A stretch of DNA of 64,000 bases from Mobula hypostoma (Eukaryota), in NCBI RefSeq assembly GCF_963921235.1, contig NC_086097.1, forward strand, positions 63,614,001 through 63,678,000, read 5' to 3'. The notes under the pieces are model-generated. The model saw nothing but the letters and a program-made list of their open reading frames with translations. It made no database searches and was not told where the DNA came from. This document shows positions 25,149 to 37,442 of this stretch, piece by piece. A program made the position numbers and the translations under genes. Within the stretch, counting starts at the first letter, position 1, and each line of letters begins with the position of its first letter.

Positions 25149-26166
25149 TCCACAGGGATCAGTGTTGGGGCCGCTTCTTTTTACATTGTACATCAATGAT
25201 TTGGATTATGGAATAGATGGCTTTGTGGCTAAGTTTGCTGACGATACGAAGATAGGTGGAAGGGCCGGTAGTGCTGAGGAAATGGAGAGCCTGCAGAGAG
25301 ACTTGGATAGATTGGAAGAATGGGCAGAGAAGTGGCAAATGAAATACAATGTTGGAAAGTGTATGGTTATGCACTTTGGCAGAAAAAATAATCCGGCAGA
25401 CTATTATTTAAATGGGGAGAGAATTCAAAGTTCTGAGATGCAACAGGACTTGGGAGTCCTCGTACAGGATACCCTTAAAGTTAACCTCCAGGTTGAGTCA
25501 GTAGTGAAGAAGGCGAATGCAAGGTTGGCATTCATTTGTAGAGGAATAGAGTAAAGGAGCAGGGATGTGATGTTGAGGCTCTATAAGGTACTGGTGAGAC
25601 CTCACTTGGAGTACTGTGGGCAGTTTTGGTCTCCTTATTTAAGAAAGGATGTGCTGACGTTGGAGAGGGTACAGAGAAGATTCACTAGAATGATTACAGG
25701 AATGAGAGGGTTAACATATGAGGAACGTTTTCCGCTCTTGGACTGTATTCCTTGGAGTTTAGAAGAATGAAGGGAGACCTCATAGAAACATTTCGAATGT
25801 TAAAAGGCATGGACAGAGTGGATGTGGCAAAGTTGTTTCCCATGATGGGGGAATCTAGTACGAGAGGGCATGACTTAAGGATTGAAGGGCGCCCTTTCAG
25901 AACAGAAATGCGAAGAAATTTTTTTAGTCAGAGGGTGGTGAATCTATGGAATTTGTTGCCACGGGCAGCAGTGGAGGCCAGGTCATTGGGTGTATTTAAG
26001 GCAGAGATTGATAGGTATCTGAGTAGCCAGGGCATCAAAGGTTATGGTGAGAAGGCGGGGGAGTGGGACTAAATAGGAGAATGGATCAGCTCATGATAAA
26101 ATGGCGGAGCAGACTCGATGGGCCGAATGGCCTACTTCTGCTCCTTTGTCTTATGGTCTTATGGTC
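25149..26166 (+). mobile_element. Young 5'-truncated CR1 LINE
   Basis: PQGSVLGPLLF, KFADD, LVRPHLEYC; (TCTTATGG)n tail; near-identical to 33750-34762. Confidence 0.95.
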
Positions 26167-26689
26167 ACATTTGATAAGCTCTTTCTCAGCCAATCCTTTT
26201 CCTGTGTGGGAGTCCCAGTCAATAAGTGGAAAAGTAAAATCTTATGTTGTGACAGTATACAATCTCACTACAAATTTGCTCCTCTAAATCCTTTAGACTG
26301 TTGGGTGAGTCTATAATATAATCCCATTAACGTGGTCATTCCTTTCTTATTCCTTGGTTCCACCCATATAGCCTTAGTACAGGAGCTCTCCAGACTGTCC
26401 TGACTGACCACTATCATGACAATTTCCCTGACTAGTAACACCACCCCTCCTCCTTTAATCCTTCCCACTCCATTACTGTACATCTCAAACAACGGAATCC
26501 TGAACATTGAGCTGCTGGTCCTGCGCCTCCTGCAATCAAATCTAACTAATGGCTACAATGTCATAATTCCACATGCTGATCCACACTCTCTCATCCAGCT
26601 TTCCTACAATACTCCCTGCATTGAAATATACACAACTCAGAACATCAGTTCCTCCATCGAATCCTTTCGATTCCTGACTTTGTATGTAG

Positions 26690-27960
26690 GGCGAGGGCAC
26701 GTGGCCAAGTGGTTAAGGCATTGGACTAGCTACCTGAAGGTCACCACAACAGGGACAGAGTTCCCCTTGTCCTCACTTACCACCCCACTAGCCTCCGGAT
26801 CCAACACATTATCCTCTGCAACTTCCGCTGCCTTCAACAGGACCCCACCACTAAGCATATCTTTCCCTCTCCACCCCTCTCCACTCCCTGGTCCACACGT
26901 CCCTGCCTAACGATCTCCCACCCGGCACTTATCCCTGTAAGCACAAGTGCTACACCTGTCCCTACACCTCCTCGCTTGCCACCATTCAGGGCCCTAAACA
27001 GTCCTTCCAGGTGAGGCAACACTTCACTTGTGAGTCTGTTGGGGGCCATCTATTGCATCCGGTGCTCCCGGTGCGGCCTCCTCTACATCAGTGAAACCCG
27101 ACGCAGATTGAGGGACCGCTTCTTCGAGCACCTCCGCTCCGTCCGCCACAACAGACAGGATCTCTCAGTAGCCACCCACTTCAACTCTGCTTCCCACTCC
27201 CATTCAGATATGTCCATACATGGCCTCCTCTACTGCCATGACGAGGCTAAACTCAGGTTGGAGGAGCAACACCTCATATACTGACTAGGTAGTCTCCAGC
27301 CCCTTGGTATGAACATAGAATTATCCAACTTCCGGTAATTCCCTCCCCCTCCCTTCCCCCATCCCTATTTCACTCTGCCCCCTCACCCAGCTGCCTATCA
27401 CCTCCCTTATGGTTCCGCCTCCTCCTACTACCCATTGTGTTTTCCCCTATTCCTGCTGCACCTTTCCTGCCTATCACCTCCCTGCTTCCCCTCCCCCACC
27501 CCTTTATCTTTCCCCTTCACCTGGAACCTACCAGCCTTCTCCTTCCCACCCTCCCCCCACCTTCTTTATAGGGCTTCTGCCCCTTCCCCCTACAGTCCTG
27601 ACGAAGGGTTCCAGCCCGAAACATCGACCGATCTTTTCCACAGATGCTGCCCGATCTGCTGAGTTCCTCCAGCGTGTTGTGAGTGTTACCTGAAGGTCGT
27701 GAGTTCGAGCCCCAGCCGAGGGAACATGTTGTGTCCTTGAGCAAGGCACGTAATCACACATCGCTCTGCGACGACACTGGTGCCAAACTGTATGGGTCCT
27801 AATGCCCTTCCCTTGGACCAACATTGGTGTCGTGGAGAGGGGAGACTTGCAGCATGGGCAACCGCTGGTCTTCCATACAAACTTGCCCAGGCCTGCGCCC
27901 TGGAGAGTGAAGATTTTCCAGGCGCAGGTCCATGGTCTCGCAAGACTAACGGATGCCTTA
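26690..27960 (+). mobile_element. tRNA-derived SINE split by a Penelope insertion
   Basis: A box TGGCCAAGTGG (about 26702) and B box GTTCGAGCC (about 27703) are separated by the insert; TSD ATGTAG at 26684-26689 and 27961-27966. Confidence 0.75.
26743..27686 (+). mobile_element. 5'-truncated Penelope-like element (GIY-YIG endonuclease plus pseudo-LTR with hammerhead motif)
   Basis: GAIYCIRCSRCGLLYISETRRRLRDRFFEHLRSV in ORF 27030-27284; TSD TACCTGAAGGTC at 26731-26742 and 27687-27698. Confidence 0.9.
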
Positions 27961-29137
27961 ATGTAGACTTAAAAACATCTTTCCCCACAACTACTCCACT
28001 ATCTGTTCTGGCACTCTGGATTAAATCCACCCATGCAGCACTAGCAAACCTTCCTGCAAGGATATTTGTCTCCTTCTAGTTAAGGTGCAAACCATCCCTT
28101 TTGTACGAGCCCACCTTCCCTGGAAGAGAGCCCAGTGATCCAGGCATCTGAAGCCCTCCCCCCTGCACCATCTGCTTAGCCATGTGGTAAACTGTATGAT
28201 CTTCCTATTTCTGGCCTCAATTGCACATGGTATGGGTAGCAATCCTGAGCTCACTACCCTGAGGCTGTGTCCTTGCTATGACTCTACCTACCACAAACCC
28301 ATCATTCACATCACTTTGGAGAACTATGCTATCAATTACTATTGTATGGATCACAGTCAATTTAACAACATTATCAAATGATGCTACTGAAAGCATGTAT
28401 CCACTAAACAAGAACATGTTGCTTAGATTAAAAATGATGGATCCAAAAGTAAAAAGCTTTATAAAAGCAGAAAGAGGACTTGCATTTATATAATGCTTTT
28501 TATAACTTCTGGAATCTCTAAACACTTTACAAATAATGAAGTACATAATGAGCTTTCAGATTGTTGGCAAATAAATCATTTAAAGGCATCTTAGGATAAA
28601 CCAGAAACAATATGCATTGGCACTTAGAATGAGAAATTATTCTGTTTCTCCCAGGAGTGTTTCCTCAGCAATGGACATTCTCCCAAGCATCTTAAAATAT
28701 AAATGTTTAGAAGTGAGAAGGAGAGTGAACCATACTCCAAGCATTTATGTGCAAGTAAATAGTCTTAAGTCAGGTTAAAGGTTCTAAATCAGATTTAACG
28801 CACATGAAAATTAACTCTATGTAGTATCAAACCACAATTATGGAAGACAACCTCCAGGGACTCCTTCTCTTCTTTATTTTGGAGTCACATTGCACTTTAA
28901 ACTAAGATTATAAATTCTGATCACTGTCTATTCAAAACCAAAATTAGATCTGCTGAAGGGTAATAGAATGTAAATAAGAATATTAAATTAGTGAACGCTG
29001 GAAAGGGACTAATAAACACTCAATGTTAGCTTGAAATGAGGATTAAGTCTAAGCACAAAACTAGTGCTTTGATGCATACACAGATTGTTAGTCCATAGAA
29101 TATTCAAAGCACAACTAGTCATCATGTAGTTGAAAGG

Positions 29138-29640
29138 TCTGTCTGTCTGTCTAAATACCATATCCGATGCAGACTTTGATGACCATAGTTTTCCATATAA
29201 ATCTATCCTTCGTTTTTTGGATGACTTCCATTTCCTCGATGTGTAGCCACCTGGCTATGCTTTTGATGTACATAAGCCAAGGTCTTCCTCTAGGTTTACT
29301 CCCCTCAATCTTTCCAGAGAGTATGAGTTTTTATAGTTTATCTTTCTGCATGATGTGTCCTAGGAATCTGAGTTGTCTTTCTCTTATTGTTGGTATGAGT
29401 GATCGAACTGCTTGGGCTCTTCTGAGAACTTCTTCATTTGATGTGTGTGTGGTCCATGATATTTTTAACATTCTCCTGTAGAACCATAATTCAGCTGTTT
29501 CTAGTCTCTTTTCCATTGCTGGACAAATGGTCCAGCATTCATTTCCATAAGTCAGGATAGAATAAATGTAGCACTGCAGTATTCTGTTTCTAGTGTACGT
29601 GCTCATCTTTCTGTCTGTTAATATGGTCTTCATTTCAGTT
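29138..29640 (-). mobile_element. RTE-clade LINE 3' fragment
   Basis: ORF 29331-29675 ILTYGNECWTI...AELWFYRRMLKISWT...NEEVLRR...RQLRFLGHIM; (CAGA)n tail. Confidence 0.85.
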
Positions 29641-31296
29641 GAAAGGTAGCTGATTATAAATGTTCTATATGTCACTGTGCAAAAGGAAAAAGCACATAGC
29701 TACATCCTGAGTTGTTGCACTATTACCTTTCCTGAAGTTTATAATAACCTTTGATCTCAGCCTTCTCAGAATTCTTCAGCATTGTTATCTAGCTATTGAT
29801 TTCATTAACTCTACTTCTTCTTGAGCTAAGGATCTCACCAGTGCCACGCAAAATGTAAATATGCACACCATATACAGGTACTTCCCTGTTTGCAGTTACA
29901 ATGCCTTATTTTAAATAAAATTGTTTGTCAGGCACAATTAGTTTTTCTTTCAAATCTAGTTGTTATTTAACATTTTCAGCTGATATCCTTTAGATTGAAG
30001 CATTAATAGAATCTTCACTGATGATCTATCCTATGATTTAAATTTGCAAACTTTAAATTCCAGCAATCCCATCAGCAGCAGGAGCAGGCCAGAGCAAGGA
30101 TATTTCTCACAGGTCGGCGACACTTTTGAAAAGTACAGAAGGGACAAGTGGGGCAGCCATTGTTGAGGGTAGGCTAGTGGTGATAGTAGGATTGTCAGGT
30201 TTGGCTCAAAGGAGGCTTCGGATCAGAGGAGGTGTTGGTTCTGGGTAAGTTTCTGTTAAGGTTCCCTTTTTTTTCTCTTACTGTACCTAGTGTAGTAAAT
30301 AGCCATTGTGTGTTCTTCATGCCGGATGTTAGAGTCCTGGGAGACCCAGAGTCCCTCAGGGAACTACATCTAAGTGAAGTGCATCCAACTGCAGCTCGTT
30401 GAAGACCATGTTAGGGATCTGGAGTAGCAGCAAGATGACCTTCGGCTTGTATGAGAGAGCAAGGTCTGGGACAGATGGTTAAAAAAGCAAAGATAGCACG
30501 CAGTTAGACTGTCGGGAAGGACAGGCAGATGATAGGACAAAATTGCAGCCAGCAGGGTGAGTATCTGTGCATTAGGGATGCAGAACCAAAAAAGGTAGCA
30601 AATACAGCACTCAATGTGTTACATCTCAATGCACGGAGTATAAGAAATAAGGTGGATGATCTTGTTGCACTTTTACATATTGTCAGATATGATGTTGTGG
30701 CCATCATGGTGGGATAGGAAGGTAGGCAGAGGGAGTGGTGTGGCTCTGCTAGTAAAGATTAGCATCAAATCAGTAGAAAGATGTGACATAGGATCAGAAG
30801 GTGTTAAATCCTTGTGGGTTGAGTTAAGAAACTGCAAAGGTAAAAGGACCCTGATGGCAGTTACTTACAGGCCTCCCAACAATAGTTGAGACCTGGACCA
30901 CAGATTACAATGGGAAATAGAAAAGGCGTGTCAAAAGGGCAATGTTATGATAGTTATGGGAGATTTCAACATGCAGGTCAATTGGGAAAATCAGGTTGGC
31001 AATTGATCTCAAGAGAGTGAGTTTGTTGAATGCCTATGAGATGGCTTTTTGGAGTAGTCTGTCTTTGAGTCTACTAGAGATCATTTGGGAGGAAGGCAGC
31101 AGAAAGGAGATCATAGTCTAGTTAGCCTGATCTCGGTGTTTGGGAAAATGTTGGACTGGGTCTTATGTAATGAACTGGAATTGATTAGGGAGCTTAAAGT
31201 AAAAGAACCCTTAGGAGCCAGTGATCACAAAATGATCGAGTTCAACTTGAAATTTGATAGGGAGAAAGTAACGTCTATGTAACAGTATTTCAGTGG

Positions 31297-31935
31297 AATT
31301 TACGTGCCGGGCGGCACCTAATTAATTAGCATGTTTATTTCGGCTTTTTTCTTAAAGATGTGCTGTGTGCCTCCCGGCTACCGCTGGACCCCTGCATGCT
31401 TCGTGGATCAGTATCGGGTCGCTGCCCGAAGGGTGGGGGCCACTGCACCACCCGAACCTCCGACTCAGCCTAACACACCATCATCAGTGTGCTCGGCGCT
31501 GTCTTCCAGATTCCCGTAAGTGATACTACACTGTACATATATTATTTCTACTTTATATAGGCTGTGTATGTTTACGTGTTACTTGGTATGATTTGGCAGC
31601 TTCATAGCTTAAAGGTTACTGGAGAGAGTGTTTTGCCAACAGTGCTTGCGTGAGATTTTCGCAGCAAAGAACAGTGCCGGCAATGATTGTGGAAAAGTAT
31701 TTCTACTTTATATGGGCTGTGTATTTATCATATCATTCCTGCTTTTACTATATGTTACTGTTATTTTAGGTTTTATGTGTTATTTGGCATGATTTGGTAG
31801 GTTATTTTTGGGTCTGCGAACGCTCACAAAATTTTCCCATATAAATAAATGGTAATTACTTCTTCGCTTTACGACACTCCAGCTTACGAACCAGTTCATA
31901 GGAACGCTCTACCTTCGGATGGCGATGGAAACCTG
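31297..31935. mobile_element. Tigger/pogo-like non-autonomous DNA transposon fragment (one end visible)
   Basis: End reads CAGGTTTCCATCGCCATCCGAAGGTAGAGCGTTCCTATGAA on the minus strand, with flanking TA at 31936-31937. Confidence 0.55.
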
Positions 31936-32057
31936 TAGAAAGGAAATTATAGACCGGTTAGACTAACTTCAATGGTTGGGAAGATACTGGAGTCAATTGT
32001 TAAGGCTGAGGTGATGGAGTACTTGGTGACACAGGACAAGATAGGACAAAGTCAGCA

Positions 32058-34762
32058 GAGGGGGTGGCGTGGCTTTATTGGTAAGAAATGATATTAAATC
32101 ATTAGAAAGCGGTGATATAGGATCGGAAGGTGCAGAATCTTTATGGGTTGAGCTAAGAAATCGTAGGGGTAAAATGATCCTGATGGCAGTTATTTATAGG
32201 CCTCCAAACAGCTGCAGTGATGTGGACTACAAATTATAACAGGAAATAGAAAAGGCTTGTCAGAAGGGCAGTATTATGATAATTGTGGGGGATGTTAACA
32301 TGCGAGTGGATTGGGAAATCAGGTCGGCACTGGATCTCAAGAGAGAGAATTTGTAGAATGTCTGAGAGATGGCTTTTTAGAACAGCTTGTTGTTGAGCCC
32401 ACTAGGGGATCGGCTGTACTGGATTGGGTATTGTGTAATGAACCGGAGATGATTAGAGAGATTGAGGTGAAGGAACCCTTAGGAGGCAGTGATCATAACA
32501 TGACTGGGTTCACTGTGAAACTTGAAAAAGAGAAGCCAAAATCCGATGTGTCAGTATTTCAGTGGAGTAAAGGAAATTATAGTGGCATGAGAGAGGAGCT
32601 GGCCAAAGTTGAATGGAAAGGGACACTGGCTGGAAAGACAGCAGAGCAGCAGTGGCTGAAGTTTATGCAAGAAGTGAGGAAGGTGCAGGACAGGTGTATT
32701 CCAAAAAAGAAGAAATTTTCAAGTGGAAAAAGGATGCAACCGTGGCTGACAAGAGAAGTCAAAGCCAAAGTCAAAGCAGAGGAGAGAGCATACAAGGAAG
32801 CAAAAATTAGTGGGAAGACAGAGGATTGGGAAGTTTTTAAAAGCTTACAAAAGGAAACTAAGAAGGTCATTAAGAGGGAAAATATTAACTATGAAAGGAA
32901 GCTAGCAAATAATATCAAAGGGGATACTAAAAGCTTTTTCAAGTGCATAAAGAGTAAAAGACAGGTGAGAGCAGATATAGGACTGATAGAAAATGATGCT
33001 GGAGAAATTATAATGGGAGATAAGAAGATGACGGAAGAACTGAACGAGTATTTTGCATCAGTCTTCACTGAGGAAGACATCAGCAGTATACCGGACACTC
33101 AAGGGTGGCAGGGAAGAGAAGTGTGTGCAGTCACAATTACGACAGAGAAAGTACTCAGGAAGCTGAATAGTCTAAAGGTAGATAAATCTCCCGGACCAGA
33201 TGGAATGCACCCTCGTGTTCTGAAGTAAGTAGCTGTGGAGACTGCGGAGGCATTAGCGATGATCTTTCAAAAGTCGATAGATTCTGGCATGGTTCCGGAG
33301 GACTGGAAGATTGCAAACGTCACTCCACTACTTAAGAAGGGGGCAAGGAAGCAAAAAGGAAATTATAGACCTGTTAGCTTGACATCGGTTGTTGGGAAGT
33401 TGTTGGAGTCGATTGTCAAGGATGAGGTTACAGAGTACCTGGAGGCATATGACAAGATAGGCAGAACTCAGCATGAATTCCTTAAAGGAAAATCCTGCCT
33501 GACAAACCTATTACAATTTTTTGAGGAAATTACCAGTAGGCTAGACAAGGGAGATGCAGTGGATGTTGTATATTTGGATTTTCAGAAGGCCTTTGACAAG
33601 GTGCCACACATGAGGTTACTTAACAAGATAAAAGCCCATGGAATTACAGGAAATTTACCTATGTGGATAGAGCATTGGCTGATTGGCAGGAAACAGAAAG
33701 TGGGAATAAAGGGATCCTATTCTGTTTGGCTGCCGGTTACCAGTGGTGTTCCACAGGGGTCCATGTTGGGGCCGCTTCTTTTTACATTGCATATCAACGA
33801 TTTGGATTATGGAATAGATGGCTTTGTGGCTAAGTTTGCTGACGATACGAAGATAGGTGGAGGGGCCGGGAGTGCTGAGGAAACAGAGAGCCTGCAGAGA
33901 GACTTGGATAGATTGGAAGAATGGGCAAAGAAGTGGCAAATGAAGTACAATGTTGGACATGTATGGTTATGCACTTTGGCAGAAGAAATAAACAGGCAGA
34001 CTATTATTTAAATGGGGAGACAATTCAAAGTTCTGAGATGCGACGGGACTTGGGAGTCCTTGTACAGGATACCCTTAAGGTTAACCTCCAGGTTGAGTCG
34101 GTGGTGAAGAAGGAGATTGCAATGTTGGCATTCATTTCTAGAGGAATAGAGTATAGGAGCAGGGATGTGATGTTGAGGCTCTATAAGGCACTGGTGAGAC
34201 CTCACTTGGAGTACTGTGGGCAGTTTTGGTCTCCTTATTTACGAAAGGATGTGCTGACATTGGAGAGGGTACAGAGAAGATACCCTAGAATGATTCCAGG
34301 AATGAGAGGGTTAACGTATGAGGAACATTTGTCCGCTCTTGGACTGTATTCCTTGGAGTTTAGAAGAATGAGGGGAGGCCTCATAGAAACATTTCAAATG
34401 TTGAAAGGCATGGACAGAGTGGATGTGGCAAAGTTGTTTCCCATGATGGGGGAGTCTAGTACGAGAGGGAATGACTTAAGGATTGAAGGGCGCCATTCAG
34501 AACAGAAATGCGAAGAAACTTTTTCAGCCAGAGGGTGGTGAATCTATGGAATTTGTTCCCACGGGCGGCAGTGGAGGCCAAGTGTATTTAAGGCAGAGAT
34601 TGATAGGTATCTGAGTAACCAGGGCATCAAAGGTTATGGTGAGAAGGTGGGACAGTGGGACTAAGTGGGAGAATGGATCAGCTCATGATAAAATGGCGGA
34701 GCAGACTCGATGGGCCGAATGGCCAACTTCTGTTCCTTTGTCTTATGGTCTTATGGTCTTAT
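32058..34762 (+). mobile_element. Young CR1 LINE ORF2 (endonuclease-RT) with few lesions, 5'-truncated
   Basis: ORFs 32311-33228, 33235-34011 and 33921-34541 carry SDHN, KSPGPDG, DFQKAFD, KFADD; (TCTTATGG)n tail; the host CR1 QHG codons resume after it. Confidence 0.95.
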
Positions 34763-36859
34763 GATTTCCTTAAGGGAACGTGTTGAAATTCTTCGAGACT
34801 GCACTTATTCTTCGAGTTAAAGGGAATACAGTGGAAGTTATATATATGGACTTTCAGAAGGCCTTTGACAAGGTGCCACACATGAGGCTGCTTACCAAGT
34901 TAAGAGCCCATGGTATTACAGGAACGTTATTGGTATGGTTAAAGCATTGGCTGATTGGTAGGACGTAGCGAGTGGGAATTTAAGGATCCTTTTCTGGTTG
35001 GCTGCCAGTGACTAGTGTTGTTCTGCAGGGGTCGCTGTCAGGACCACTTCTTTTTATGCTGTAAATAAATGATTTAGATAATGGAATAAATAGCATTGTT
35101 GCAAGGTTTGCAGATGATACAAAGATTGGTGGAGGGGAAGGTAGTGTTGAGGAAACAGGTTGCAGAAGGACTTAGATAGATTAGGAGAATGGGCAATAAA
35201 GTGGCAAATGAAATACAATGTTGGAAAATGAATGGTCATCTACTTTAGTACTAGAAATAAGTGTGCAGAATATTTTCTAAATGGGGGGGGGAATCCAAAA
35301 ATCAAAGATGCAAAGGGACTTGGGAGTTTAAAGGTTAACTTGCAGATAGACAGTGGTGAAGAAGGCAAATGCAATGTTAGCATTCCTTTTAGGGATGTGA
35401 TGCTGAGGCTTTACAAGGCACTGGTGAGGTCTCCTTTGGGCTCCTCATCTAAGAAAAGGTGTGCTGGCTTTGGAGAGGGTTCAAAAGAGATTCACAAGGC
35501 TGATTACGGGAATAAAATGGTTATCATACGAGGAATGATTGGTGGCTCTGGGTCTGCACTTGCTAGAATTCAGAAGGATGAGGGGGGGGATCTCATTGAA
35601 ATCTTGCAGATGTTGAAAGGCCTAGACAGAGTAGCTATGGAAAGGATATTTCCCATGGTGGGGGAGTCTAGGACAAGAGGGCACAGCCTCAGGATGGAGG
35701 GGTGTCCATTTAAAACAGAGTTGCGAAGAAATTTCTTTAGCCAGAGGATGGTGAATTCGTGGAATTTGCTACCACAGGCAGCTGTGGAGGTCAGGTCATT
35801 GGGTTTATTTAAGCAAGAGCTTGGTAGGTTCTTGGTAGGACACAGCATCAAAGGTTCTGGGGAGAAGGCCAGGGGGTGGGGCTGAGGAGGGGAAAAAAGG
35901 ATCCACCATAACTGAATGGTGGAGCAGAGTCGATAGGTCAATGGGCTATTTCTGCTCCTATGTCTTATGGTCTTGTGGTCTTAAAACAGTTTGTGATGCC
36001 AATATCCCTTTTCTTATTTTTTTGTAAAAAGGAATTTTCCACTAATAAATGTCATGAGGATGTACACAAAAAAATTTAAAAATCCCTCTCCAGAAACTGC
36101 TGCTTATTGCCTTTATTTTACCAACCTTGAATATTTGACATCAGATCCTTTATTTAATTTAAACATTTTACACTTCCAAGAATTTCTCTTCCCCTTTTTA
36201 TTCAGATAGTGTAGATTTTCTAAACAGTCATGGTTTAACAGCACCGTGGCATTAGGACAAACAACGTCCATGGAAATATGTTTCACAAATTTCACTCTGC
36301 TGTTTTGCTCTCAGCACAGAAAAAGTAAAATGTACTATGACATCTGCAGTCAAATCAAATCTTTCATAAGGATTACTGCATGCTGCAGTAACTCACTCCA
36401 AAGACTAAGTTCCTACTACTCACTTTGATAAAAGCTGAAGGAAACCACAATACTGTAATTAGCCCTTGCTCTGCCCAGATTTACCTTGTTTAATGTATTT
36501 TGCACCCAGTGGTAACTTCATGTACAATTCATGTCATATAATCAGTCTTTCAAACATCATACTCTGATAAACAGAACTTTTTCTGTCAGAGACATCTATA
36601 ACTGTATTTTTTTCTTAATTTCTACTTTTCATTCTGAGCTTTGTAAAATAAGGCCACATTTTCAATTGGAATGATTTCCATGTGCTTTTCTCTTCAAATT
36701 TCTTTAATCTCTCTCTTGCAATTTTCTCAACCACTGTTTCTTACAAATGAATTAAGTTACTTTAGATGATGCAAATTGAAGATTATGAATAACCAAGCAT
36801 GTATAGAACCACAGAATTATTACAGCACAAATTTGGTGACAATTGACCTATTTAATCTA

Positions 36860-37270
36860 TATCTTCGTCACCATCCTGGGCCACATGGCTTCATATTATC
36901 TCCTTACCTGCCATTACGTCCCTCTGGTGCTCCTCGACCTTCCCTTTTTTCCATGGTCTTCTGTCCTCTCCTATCAGATTCCCCCTTCTCCAGCCCTTTA
37001 TCTCTTTCACCAATCAACTTCCCAGCTCTTTATTTCACCCCTCCTACTCTCCTGGTTTCCTCTATCATCTTGAACCTTGTACTTCTTCCTCCCCTACCCC
37101 ACATTCTTACTCTGATTTGTCATCTTTTTTTGCAGTCCTGGAAAAGGGTCTAAGCCCAAAACATCGACTGTTTACTCTTTTCCATAGATGCTGCCTGGCC
37201 TGCTCAGTTCCTCCAGCAATTCGTGTGTATTGTTTTAATTTCTAGCATCTGCAGATTTTCTTTTGTTTGG
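36860..37270 (+). mobile_element. Penelope pseudo-LTR remnant
   Basis: Pyrimidine-rich tract, degenerate hammerhead CAGTCCTGGAAAAGGGTCTAAGCCCAAAACATCGACTG, then ATAGATGCTGCCTGGCCTGCT. Confidence 0.75.
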
Positions 37271-37442
37271 TATTTTATTGAGCAATCACAGCTACAATCT
37301 CCTGTGCTTTTCCCCACAGTGCTGTAAATGATTTTCTTTCAAACAACTGTGCAATGTTATTTTGAAGGGTCTACTGAATTTTATTTTCCCATTCTGTAGG
37401 CAAGGAATTCCATAAGACCATAGGATATAGGTGCAGAATTAA

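Larger units (their letters stand above)
24040..28270 (-). mobile_element. Old deleted CR1 (ORF1 esterase, endonuclease and RT remnants) hosting three later insertions
   Basis: Minus ORFs 28021-28254 (WCRGEGFRCLDHW), 26268-26507 (KGGGVVLLV), 24800-25153 (ILDLLLGN...SDHN) and 24175-24363. Confidence 0.8.
30060..35983 (+). mobile_element. Older fragmented CR1 (5' region to 3' tail) interrupted by a Tigger-like fragment and a younger CR1
   Basis: ORF1 zinc-finger-like start near 30300; LNARSIRNK; RT segments at 31940-32057 and 34763-35885; (TCTTATGG)n tail. Confidence 0.8.

Noticed and set aside
26690..26742. tRNA gene
   Set aside because: SINE head: no complete cloverleaf, continues into a SINE body with a TSD, and is split by an insertion
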